A DNA stretch of 64,000 bases from contig NIVC01000525.1 of the NCBI GenBank assembly GCA_002269645.1, positions 124,001 through 188,000 of the forward strand, read 5' to 3'. The translations under genes and the position numbers were made by a program. The stretch is from Macrostomum lignano (Eukaryota). Below the pieces are notes generated by a model that worked only from the letters and a program-made list of their open reading frames with translations, did not search any database and was not told the origin of the DNA. Shown here piece by piece: positions 36,536-58,700 of the stretch. The first letter of the stretch is position 1; the number at the start of each line of letters is the position of its first letter.

Positions 36536-36955
36536 CAATGCAGAGAATGTCATATTGGTGCACTGTGGTGTGGCAATGTAGTGAATGTCATATTGTTGCA
36601 CTGTGGTGTGGCAATGTAGGGAATGTCATATTGGTGCACTGTGGTGTGGCAATGTAGGGAATGTCATATTGGTGCACTGTGGTGTGGCAATGTAGGGAAT
36701 GTCATATTGGTGCACTGTGGTGTGGCAATGTAGGGAATGTCATATTGGTGCACTGCGGTGTGGCAATGTAGTGAATGTCATATTGTTGCACTGTGGTGTG
36801 GCAATGTAGGGAATGTCATATTGGTGCACTGTGGTGTGGCAATGCAGAGAATGTCATATTGGTGCACTGTGGTGTGGCAATGCAGAGAATGTCATATTGG
36901 TGCACTGTGGTGTGGAAATGTAGGGAATGTCATATTGGTGCACTGTGGTGTGGCA
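36536..36955. repeat. 38-bp minisatellite (GCAATGTAGGGAATGTCATATTGGTGCACTGTGGTGTG)n
   Basis: Direct, period 38. Confidence 0.92.
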
Positions 36956-38032
36956 TTTTCCACGCTTTCGGATAAGAAAACGTTGGCATTTCTCGAATTG
37001 AAAATGTTCAGGAATGCAAGCCTGTGCCGTGCAGCATCTGACAGGGAATCAAAGTGCCAATGATCAGTGTGTTTTGCACACTATACAATACTCAGGGCGT
37101 TAGTGAAAGTGTGCAAGATTTCATCTCGAATATAAAAGTGCGCCACTGTGCCGCAAAAGCGAGTGATGCCAGCACGCCCATCGCAACCGCCGCTTCTGTT
37201 TATATTGCTTCAACTCAATCTATATATAGCTTTGGATACATATACTAAGCCGGTTCCACATCCCTTCGTGACACAGTTGGCTGGCTATATTCGCTGACGT
37301 CAGCAACTTTTGTTTCCTCTAATTTCTGCCTCTAGGGGCAGCGCGCATGGCTCTCCAGCTGCTGGTGGAAGTGGAAATATCGGGCAAGAGCTGTGACCGT
37401 GCGGTGCGGCGGCCAGAAGGTCACGCTGGTCAGCTTCTGTAGTGAAGCCGCCCGTCCACTGCACCCGGCTACCCCTGGCTCGGACTGGACGCGTGGCATT
37501 TCAACGTCGGGGGGGATGGAATCGGAAGGTTCAGGAGGGGCGGAGGAGGACGCAGTGGAGTGCTTCAGCATCCAAGTATTGACTGCCTAGCCATGCCAGC
37601 CCCAGCCCAAGGCTCTATTAGAAGCACCCAGTTTTCCTGTCCGTTCAGCTGGCGCAAAAGGTACGCACGCAGATGATAGGCGGGGCCCGAACCCCTCTCT
37701 GCCTTGAACCCCAAGCAAGCGCGCACTCTTAAAAAACGAGATTTCGAAATTGTCCGTTAGCCTCTCCCCAGCTGCCTCCGCGCGCCATCGACCCGGGGCC
37801 AACGAGCGCAAACCCCCCCCCCGCCCCCTCCCCTCGACAGACACGATCCCGCGCTTGCGCCGAGGTTAAAAAAGGCCGACTTATCAAGCCGGCAGCCGAG
37901 ATTCGTTTTGAACGCGCAATCCGAATCTGCCGGAGAAAGAAAGTGAAGCGCCGACCAGAATCAAGAGAGAATCCAGACAAGAATTACGGTAGTAGCAGAA
38001 GCGAGTGCAGGACCGATCCGCATTAGCGAAGG

Positions 38033-48359
<10,327 letters not shown>

Positions 48360-48383
48360 GTGAGGCGACTCCCGCTACAACGC

Positions 48384-48500
48384 CACACACATTGTTTGCC
48401 ATTGCAATCTGCCACACACATTGTTTGCCATTGCAATCTGCCACACACATTGTTTGCCATTGCAATCTGCCAGACACATTGTTTGCCATTGCAATCTGCA
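48384..48500. repeat. 29-bp repeat (CACACATTGTTTGCCATTGCAATCTGCCA)n
   Basis: About 4 copies, resuming degenerately after the SINE at ~48861. Confidence 0.85.
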
Positions 48501-48517
48501 TGTCAGTCGGGGTTGTA

Positions 48518-48860
48518 ACCAGTGGGGTTGTAGCCTAGAGTGAGGTTATTGTAGCCTAGTGGTTAGACCGTCGGACTCACGACTTGAAGGTCGGGGGTTC
48601 GATTTCCCATTCCACTGATTCAATCTGTGTCCCTGAGCAAGACACTCAACTCTGCATTGCTTCAGTTCACCCAGCTGTAAAATGGGTGCCAGCATTAGCT
48701 AAGGTAATTAAGGGTGTGTGTTGCGACCCCCCCCCCCAGTCCTTGGACTGAACAGCCGTACGCAGCCTTCAGATACGCCGCGCAATAGCTGCGTCTGAGC
48801 TGTCGGTTGCACATCTGGCCCACTTAGGGCAGGTGTAATCAAATATTATTATTATTATTA
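48518..48860 (+). mobile_element. tRNA-derived SINE with conserved central domain and (TTA)n tail
   Basis: Box A TAGCCTAGTGG (48552), box B GGTTCGATTTC (48596), core TGTGTCCCTGAGCAAGACACTCAAC..CACCCAGCTGTAAAATGGGTGCC, TATTATTATTA tail. Confidence 0.8.
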
Positions 48861-50619
48861 TGTAATCTGCCAGCCACATTAATTGGCATTGCAATCTAGA
48901 CTAGCCTCTTCTAAAACTTCCAGTCGGACCCCCGATCAAGGACCTGGATTAGTCAGCACCTGGCACAATTCGCTGCAACAGCTTTCGTTCAAAACTGACC
49001 AAACCAGGCCTCGGCAACAGACTTCGTGTCCGGCTTCACTGATAAAATATGGTTCCGAAATTAACAACTCAATGAGTTACTTTAGTCTGATGTTTTAGAC
49101 TCAATTAGTGAATTAAAAGAAGCTACATGGGCGCCTTCATCTGTCATTTTATTTGCTGTTTTTTGTTAAAGGTTTTTTCTGAGACCAACAGAATCAGTCA
49201 TCGCTTGCTCACAGCACTCTTGTAGTCACTATACAAATCGAGTTTAGAATTTTTTCTGGTTCTCTATAGATAGCCCTGCGTTACTATTTCCCTATTGAAG
49301 TCTCAAAATTCGCTTATTCATTTTTTGTGCCTCACAGGGGTCTCCGTGACTGCCATGGCTACTTACCAGCTTATTTTAATTTTTAGTCATAAATCGCAGG
49401 TCAACTACTTACAGTAGACCTCGATCGAGATGTTCTTAGTAAATCTCGTAGTTTCATAATTCTCTTGTCAGACTCGAGCGCAGTATTAGTTTAAAACCTT
49501 TGAACTTATTACAGGATAATTAGCAGGCAAAATCTTTCCTTGGCATGACAGTATGTACAGGTGAGAGCATCGGCTAGTTTTTCAACCTGATATTTAATTA
49601 CAGAAAGCTGTCATTATTATAAAACCCAATTCTCTCTTTCTGTCTCCTTCGTTCGCTTTTCTGGTAATAAAAAATAAAATAATAATAATAGTAGTAATTA
49701 AATGATTTTATGCGCTACCCTGTCTGTTGCACAGATTCTAAAGGAACTAGATAGGCCCCTCGGGCACATATACTTCGTAAAGCAGCTTTCTAGCTCGTGC
49801 TATAATTTCAGTAGCAAAGAAGAATACATAAGATATTTTATAAATAAGGCAGCTGAAATGACTTTGATAAGTTTAGAAGCCCAAGCTTGCAGGCGTAAAC
49901 AACTTGCTAATTGGTTCAGCCATAATGTACATGAGCCAGTCCTCTGAAATGTACATAATAGCTTTAGGCTGGAATTCCGAGAAAGACAAATAAAAATTAC
50001 GGCGGGCGGGGGGGGTAGTGTGGAAAAGCGCGAAAGGGTTAAAGGCTGGAGGGTAAGAGCCAATAAATAAGCGGCTTTAAAAATACATTTAAATGCCTGT
50101 TTAACCTGCTACTGAACTGAAAGTAGTTTACAAGCAAATTTGCTGAATGGCCCATCTAGTAATTCTAGAATCTGTGGTCTGCTAATAACGTATAGAAAAT
50201 TAGGAGTTAGCTATAATTGATAGGTTGTTATGCTGCGGACTTTGATGAATTTATTCAACAATTTTTCGGAAATCCCCATAATATGCTCGTGCAATAAGTT
50301 TTTAAAAACTAAAAATAAATAAATGTAGCCCTTTATTAAATACATAGTGAGTACCCGCACACCCGCTCAACTATTCCCTATGCCATACTCGTTTTTTTAT
50401 TTTAAATTTATTACTGTTGTTAACCATTGAGTGTGTTAGCTTTAGCATAGCTGTGTCAACAACTGGAATGGGCCGGCCTGGAAAACCCGTGGCGTGGCCA
50501 GGGGGGGGGGTGGCAAAGGGACGGCAGCAATATGTGGGAAATGGCAGAGGCGTAGCCTATATGTACGAATACTATCATTAGCATAGCAGGTAGGAATGTA
50601 AGATTCCGCCTCGCGCTGT

Positions 50620-51900
50620 CTCCAAGCGTGCTGACGAAGGCGCCCGCGAATTGACGCTTCACGCGGGTGTCCAACAGAGCGCGATAGTAGCGCCGTGACC
50701 GCTGCTTTGGTGGTCGATAGAGCTGGTCGTGAAGCCGCAAGTCGCAGATCAGGAGTCGGTGGTCTGACCGGAGAGCCAGCGGAGCCGTGTCGCAGTTGGT
50801 GTCTCGGCGGCGCTCGCGAGTACCAACCAGCGTATGATCGAGTTGCACCAGTCTCCTCGTGGCATTTCGCCCGCGTGCGTTCCGTCGCCATCTCTTGCAG
50901 CCCGCAAAGGTGACCAGGCGGGTAGGGAGCTTGTGGAACTGGGTGTTCGTGGACACCAAGTCCAGCCGGTCAAGCAGATCCTCCAGCGCATCGGTGTTGG
51001 CGTTCTTCTTCTTCTTCTTCTTCTTCTTCGGGCGCGCTCGGGCCAGGGCCCATAACACCGGGCGTCAGACGGCGCCCGCCTTCCCGAGGAAGTTCAACAC
51101 CGCGACGCAGTTCTCGAAAACTGCCGCGGGCTCCGGGCTTGGCCCCAGAGGCGGCAGCGTTGTGGAGTCAGGGCGGGGCAGGGCGAGGCATGTTGGCGTT
51201 CTCGCGTCCCGCGACAAAGAGCGAGCGCTCGGACCTCCACGGAACTGCGTTCAGGTTTCAGAGCACCGCCAGCGTGTCTCGGTTGGCACTTCTTCTAGCT
51301 GCCCAGCCAGGTAGTCGAAGGCACGAGCCTCCTTGGGTTGAGCAGCGGCGGGTGCATACGCGCAGAACAGCCGGATGCAGCAGGCGCAGGTCGACCCCGC
51401 GCATCAGTCGCGGGGACAGCGAAGTGCAGTGCACGTTCTGTCGAAGGCGCGGTCCGACCAGTACGCTGACACCGCCCCGGCCGCGGTCGTCTGCCGACGT
51501 GTACAGCTGGAGGCTCTAGCCGGGTCCGAGGTCCACAGAGTGGAGCCCCGGCTCAGCCACGATAGAAACCTCGCACAGCATGATGAGGTCCAGCTGTAGG
51601 CCGTGATCGCCAGCTGGACGAGAATGATGCGACGCCAGGGGGCCTTCAGAGTTCGACAGTTCATCGTGCCGAGTCTGAGGCGGCCACCTGGTACAGCTGG
51701 GGCCAGATGGAGATTGGCCTCGTGGTCCCCGGCGTCACTCTGATAGGCGATCCATAGCTGAAATAGCAGGTACTGGTGGCATGGGCGCCTGGCCGCACCA
51801 CAGAGTCGCCCTCGCCAGTTGAGCAAAGATCTTCTGATTTAGTTTACCTGCCTTGGCCTTGGCCACGGCGGAGTCGACCAGGCTGGTTTCAGACTGGTAC
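50620..51900 (-). mobile_element. Decayed non-LTR retrotransposon (RTE-like) AP-endonuclease region, lacking RT
   Basis: LRLGTMNCRTL, LDLIMLCEV, VSTNTQF..LVTFAG, QLDHTLV and RSDHRLL EEP motifs across frameshifts. Confidence 0.75.
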
Positions 51901-52164
51901 AGCTGAGAGAGTGCTACTTAATTAGCTGAGCTCAGCTGTGTCATGCCGACTGTGGCATTGCCATTGTGACAAATTGTATGCTTTGGCAACTATAGGCCGG
52001 GGCCATCAGACGTTCTGTTGTTGACAGTTAATTTGAAAAGTATAATGCTTGGACCCCTAGCCTAGGTACTGTACTTATATAGTACTTATTACACAGGTCC
52101 GTGCTAGACTGTACCAATGCATCCCTCTCTAGTCTTATCTGCGTCGGCGCCACGGGGGGAGTTT

Positions 52165-52272
52165 CATATCTCTGAGACTCCATATTTCTGACACTTCATA
52201 CCTCCGTTAGGGTTAGGGTTAGAGTATAGGATTAGGGTTAACATGTCAGAGATATGAAGAATCGGAGATATG
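52165..52272. repeat. 29-bp inverted repeat enclosing TTAGGG-like repeats
   Basis: 52165-52193 vs 52244-52272 (~5 mismatches); GTTAGGGTTAGGGTTAG..ATTAGGGTTA core. Confidence 0.6.
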
Positions 52273-52750
52273 ACGTTTTGGAGATATGCAGTGTTCAAAG
52301 CAGCCTTTAATTCAAGCAGCCTATATTGCTGCGCATATTTCAAATGCAGGTCAGTAGAAAATATAAACGTAAACGACTGGGACGTTCAAGATTTCCGCAT
52401 CAATAGTTCTCAAATGATGAATCCAGCTCATAAAAATCAATAGTCGTTAAAAACGAAAACCATCGAACGGGATTTCGCGATGGTGGTTTTTGAGTGTATA
52501 AAGATTACAAGAATCAGGCGCTCCTGATTATCATGCTTTCTTAATTCTGTTTTTGCAGGGAGAGTATTTAAGTATAATTGTGTAATAGATCAACGCTTAA
52601 AGGTCGTTTTATGCTTATTACCTTATAGTATGATAGTTGGCGAACAGTAGATACTGTCTGGCTTCTTATAAAATTGTGATTTTTGTTATCGCATATATAT
52701 TCTCAAAATCAATTTAGCACTGTCGAAAGTATTTTCTACTATCCTAAATA

Positions 52751-55700
52751 ATGACTATGGAAAACGATGATGATCAACATTTAATGAAAGCGTTTGCTCG
52801 AAGGGGAGCACTGCGACAAAAGAATGTGCACGAGGTCAAGAATCACAAGTTTGTGGCTAGATTTTTTAAACAGCCAACATTCTGTGGACACTGTACTGAT
52901 TTCATCTGGTAAGTTATATAAGGCCTATCATTAGTTGTCCAGTAGGTAGGCTTGACAGGTTCAGTAGACACAAGGAGTTACTTATTTTTCAAAGATTGTC
53001 CTAGGCAAGATAGAAGTGCAGATTCTTAATAGAAGAAATGATATCTTAATGTAATATTTAATTGATATATGTACTCTTAGCTTACTTTGATACTTTCTAC
53101 TTTGCACAGATTATTTAAAGCAAACAAAAAATGTAATTGTAGTTTAGAGTATTTTTGGTAGTTTAGTCTAAGAAAGTCAGATTTTCTAGCAAGCTTATAA
53201 TGGTTATTTTTTAAAATCTATGACTATATTTTGTCCTTGATATTTAATTACATTTATACTCATTTCAATTTATTTTACTGGACAGTTTTAAGTATTTTCT
53301 TGTTAGTGTTTATATTTATTTCCTAGAACCCAGTAGGTTCATCTATTTCCTAAATAATTTTAATACCTAATCATAACTATAAACATTTGTATTCAGTATG
53401 GCTAAGATGTAGTTCTACATCTCTTCAAAAAATAAATAAAAGTGTTTAAATAGCTTATATCTATTTTTATTTAAGTTTTTAGGCAGTAAATAAGTACATT
53501 GGTGACAATAGTTTATAGGTATGAACATTTGTTGAGCATCTAGTACCATTTTAATAATTGAAATAAGAATTTTACATTTTAATATTTTAACCTATTTATT
53601 ATTTTTAATCTGATAATCAATAATTCTCAAATCATTTGAAGGGGATTTGGAAAGCAAGGATTTCAATGCAAAGGTAATATTCTAAATAAATATTTAATTG
53701 AAATTATATTTCTCTTGGTTTTTACTGTAAAACAAATACTAATCATTGAAATTTCAGTTTGTTCTTTCGCTGTGCACAAGAGATGCCACGAACTGGTCAC
53801 CTTTGCCTGTCCTGGCGCGGATCACGGGCCTGACACTGATGTGAGAATTTTTCCATACCTGTTTTAATTCATTTGAAAATATTTTACGTGTGAATAGATT
53901 TTTCATTATATACTTACCTCAATTTTACAATCGTTAAAAAAACTATATTTCATTTGTTAAAAATTGCAGTTTCACAACAATCACAAGTTCAGGGTCACCA
54001 GCTACACCAGTCCAACATTTTGCGACCATTGCGGCTCACTGCTGTACGGCCTGTTCCACCAGGGCCTGAAATGCGAATGTAAGCTCCATGATGAATTCCA
54101 GTTAAAGCCTGTCTGTACTTTCTTGATCCGCTGTCTCCTGCGTCGCCTCCAGCTATCATGCTTTTAGTCAGACTTTTCATTCGGTCCGCCAATAATGTAT
54201 AGTTGCCCCCTTATCAGGCATTTTCTCCACCCTAACCCTCTGATAAGCATTGATGCCCAATTCTAAAAGCAAGTAAATGTTTAAGAAAATATCGCTGTAT
54301 TGGTACAGCTGCCCATTCGAATTTTTCCGCCAGCGTACAGAACTATACAGAGTACCTTTGCGTTTGCTAAACTGGCTCTGTTAAAATATTGTGTTAGGAA
54401 AATTTATACTTCCTCTCGAATCCTGCACCCCATGTGGAAGTGTATAATAAGCAAGACCCAATGCAACTAATACAAGGGCGCAGGGCCTTAGCAATCGTTA
54501 CGATTTGTAATAAACGAAGCCATGAATTATTTTATTATATTGTTCAACAAGCTCTTCGCCGTTATCCATCTGCCGAAAATCCGCAGCCGTAGCTGCATGC
54601 AGCCAGCCAACCCGCCTCACTTGCCTCTCCCAACCCTCCCAATCCTTCAGGCTGCGACATGAACGTGCACAAGCGGTGCGAAAAGAACGTGCCAATGCTG
54701 TGCGGCATCGATCATACGGAGCGTCGAGGCCGACTGGATTTGAAAATTCGCAGCGAAGCTAATAAGCTTCACGTTGAAGGTGCGCGACAGGGGCGGATTA
54801 AAGGGCGATGATGTCACCATTTTCCCATTTCCTTTGGACTAAAAAAGGTCATCAACGCCCTCAACTTGCTCAGTATGGCGCCCGTCTCGTCTATATTATG
54901 GCGCTCCTCTCGTCTATATTATGGCGCCCCTCTCGTCTATATTATGGCGCCCATCTCGTCTATATTATGGCGCCCATCTCGTCTATATTATGGCGCCCAT
55001 CTCGTCTATATTATGGCGCCCATCTCGTCTATATTATGGCGCTCCTCTCGTCTATATTATGGCGCCCATCTCGTCTATCTTATGGTGCCCCTCTCGTCTA
55101 TATTATCTTATAGTTACAATCTCATTTTAAATTTCTAAATCCGCCGCTGGTGTCCGCAGACACGCAGTAGCCAGTGCAGATAGATCGCCCTCAATTTTGC
55201 TCATTTCTTAGAATCCTAGAACCAATTTATTCATATTCAGACCGGGCATGACTTGCTTGCCTCAAAAGTGGTGCTCTTCTTCCAGGAGCAAGAAACAAGC
55301 CGTGTGGTTTCTCCTTTTTTCATTATTGCTGATAAATTTATGCATCCTGCTCCCGGCCAGCGGTCGATTGCTACTGAAACAGAAGACAGTTTGTCTCAAC
55401 TCATTTTTATTAGCCATAGGTAAGAGCCTATGGCAAAAGTTCATCTGGGTTTAGTTTCTGAGAAAAAGAAGTATTTTGCAAGCAAGTTGGTTGCTGTTAT
55501 TCAAGTTTGTGCGTGTAGTTCATTGGGGGTACAGTTAGGTTTGTAAAGTATAAAAACATTTTTTTATGTCGTAGCTAAAATAGAGGCGATCGAGGAGCTG
55601 AAAGGAATGACAAGGACGTGAATTTTTGGCTGAGCCATGGAGTTCCGCGATCAAGCATCTGGATTGGAAAGCAATGGAAGCTTAAATTAAACAATTAAAC

Positions 55701-58700
55701 AAGCTTTCTAAATATTACCAGTTGGCTTCCGTAGATTTTTTTTGTAAGTAATATGCATTTTAATCTAAAAACATTAAATTAATCAGCCTTTAAGTATGTG
55801 CGTACCTAGTAAATCTAGTGCATGATTGTGAGCTAGAGTAGGGGAGACGGGAGAGAGATTGTCAGAGGGAATAGAGAAGAGAAATAAAATTCTAAAGGAG
55901 AAGAGAGGAGAGACTGAATAGGAGAGGAGAGAAAGAGGAGAGGAGAGGAGAGGAGAGGAGAGGAGAGGAGAGAAGAGAGAGGAGAGAAGAGGGGTGAGAG
56001 GAGAGACGAGAGAGGAGGAGAAGAGGAGAGAAAAGAAAAGAGATCATTATAGACAATAGAAGACACAATTACCTTAAGCAGGCCGGATTGCTATTGTGAA
56101 GTTTCAAAGAACTCGAGGGCCGGGTAGAGAGGCTTTGCAGGCCTCGTGTGGCCCGTGGGCCGAAGTTTGCCGACCCCTGCTTTGAACAATTCTATAAAAA
56201 GTTTAGAATCCTCAAATCCTCATTGAAATATCAACTTTATTTGTAAAGGTTAAAAGATAAAAGCGACGTTTTTTAAATACCTAGCATTCAGTTTCCACTC
56301 TAGATGCTTGATCTAATAGTGCTCCTTGGCTAAGCAGCAAAGGGTGCGGTCCCCAAGGGTGGAGCTTTTGGCAAAAGTGCGCACATTCTCTCTCTCTCTC
56401 TCTCTCTTTTAATCTGCGCGTGTGGAGCGCGCCCGCAGCCCGGCGGACAGGTGGGAAGCGGCAGCGAAGCCGGTTGTGTTTGCCTGATCCACCTCTGCGC
56501 CCAGCCTCCTGCTGCCTGCTCCATCGCTCCAGCTGGAGGGGGGGGGAGGGAAGAGGGCTAGTAGTATAGAGACAAATAGCCAGCTGCCTGATCTGTTTTA
56601 TAATTTCGAATACTACTGAATGCTACTACTGTTGCTGTATGTGTGTATTGCTGCTATTGGGTCGTTTATTTTCACAAGCTCGAGCTTATTTCAGTTTCGA
56701 GTTTCGGGCTTGTGAAGTTTCGAGCTTGGGATGAAGTTTCGAGCTTGTGAAGTTTCGAGCTTGTGAAGTTTCGAGCTTGTGAAGTTTCGAGCTTGTGAAG
56801 TTTCGAGCTTGTGAAGTTTCGAGCTTTTGAAGTTTCGAGCTTGTGAAGTTTCGAGCTTGTGAAGTTTCGAGCTTGTGATGAAGTTTCGAGCTTGTGAAGT
56901 TTCGAGCTTGTGATGAAGTTTCGAGCTTGTGATGAAGTTTCGAGCTTGTGAAGCTTCGAGCTTATGAAGGTTCGAGCTTCTAGAAATTTAGAGTTGCAAT
57001 GTCCTTTAATGTATTGTTCGTATCGTATTTTTTGAATGCATCAACCTCAATTGTTGGCATTCTGAATTTGGAGTTTCCCATGTTTTGGATACCATTTAAT
57101 TCGAGTTCCATATCTTTTGTAGTGCATATTTAATTTTGAGTATCGATAATTTTATAACTATTGAGTTTCTTTGAGTTTCATCAATTGTTGAATCTGAGCA
57201 ATCTGTGTATACGGAGTCTGCAGACTTTTGCAACTTCTGTGGTTCAGAGATGTTGGGTATTTTACTTGATTTGGAACTCTTTGCTTAATGCCGACTGGTA
57301 ATTTGATTCTGCCGCTTTGAAAAGCCCAGGACATGGTACCTTATTAAATTGCGTAACTAGCCAGTGCTGCTCTGATTGTTCTCGGTAGAGTATATGAGCC
57401 CGTAACAGTAAGAGGAAGGCATATCTATGCAGTACATTGATTCTTTTATCGGATGTATTAATTTCACGCACTAAATTCCGTATTCAATAATTATTAGTAT
57501 ATATAGAAATGGAAATTCGAAATGGATATTGAATTATTTTCATTAAGCAATAAATTCTGTTAGATTAGACGCTATGCATTGTATTATACACAATATATAA
57601 CCCATTACTGAGCAGTAATTATATTGATTATTTGCACAACAGATTATTATTATATAGAAATAATAACCGGACTGGAAGTATTCATTATTCCCCAACAACA
57701 TAACCGATATGGCAGAAGTACAATAGTTTCTGCATTCTTGAGTTTTGATTCAAAGCCATTTTCTGGTGCATACATTCCTGTAGTTTTGAGGCTGGTTGGG
57801 GCAGTTTTGAGGCAGGTTGAGGCAGTTTTGAGGCTGGTTGGGGCAGTTTTGAGGGTGGTTGAGGCAGTTTTGAGGCTGGTTGGGGCAGTTTTGAGGCTGG
57901 TTGGGGCAGTTTTGAGGCTGGTTGGGGCAGTTTTGAGGGTGGTTGAGGCAGTTTTGAGGCTGGTTGGGGCAGTTTTGAGGCTGGTTGAGGCAGTTTTGAG
58001 GCTGGTTGGGGCAGTTTTGAGGGTGGTTGGGGCAGTTTTGAGGCAGTTTTGAGGCTGGTTGAGGCAGTTTTGAGGCTGGTTGAGGCAGTTTTGAGGCTGG
58101 CTGGGGCAGTTTTGAGGCTGGTTGAGGCAGTTTTGAGGCTGGTTGGGGCAGTTTTGAGGCTGGTTGAGGCAGTTTTGAGGCTTTTGAGGCTGGCTGGGGC
58201 AGTTTTGAGGCTGGTTGAGGCAGTTTTGAGGCTGGCTGGGGCAGTTTTGAGGCTGGTTGAGGCAGTTTTGAGGCTGGTTGGGGCAGTTTTGAGGCAGTTT
58301 TGAGGCAGGTTGAGGCAGTTTTGAGGCTGGTTGAGGCAGTTTTGAGGCTGGTTTGGGGCAGTTTTGAGGCTGGTTGAGGCAGTTTTGAGTCCGATTAGTG
58401 CACTTTGACGCTGGTTGGTGCGGTAAAAGTCTAAATATAGTTGAACTAAAATAAAACTTTCATGGTCGCTCACAAGGAAGATAACTTATTACAGTCATTA
58501 TTGCATGGATCTCCTGTCTTCACAACATTTTCCAGTATCTGATCATCTTATTTTAAACCAATCGATCAAGTCTAATTTAGGAGCCGTGTGTCATATATAG
58601 GCCAGCAGAATATCTCCGGGTTGCCATGGCTGTCAAGCTCTCAGATTAATTGCTACAGCAAAACGCGACGGATTGTATACGTGATTCATCGGATACAAGT

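Noticed and set aside
37332-37590. GC-rich exon-like block upstream of SERCA
   Set aside because: No frame on either strand gives a recognisable protein; may be UTR or non-coding.
48360-48538. SERCA read-through tail (GEATPATTPHTLFAIAIC...)
   Set aside because: It runs through a 29-bp repeat and the SINE head after a strong GTGAGG donor; likely intronic.
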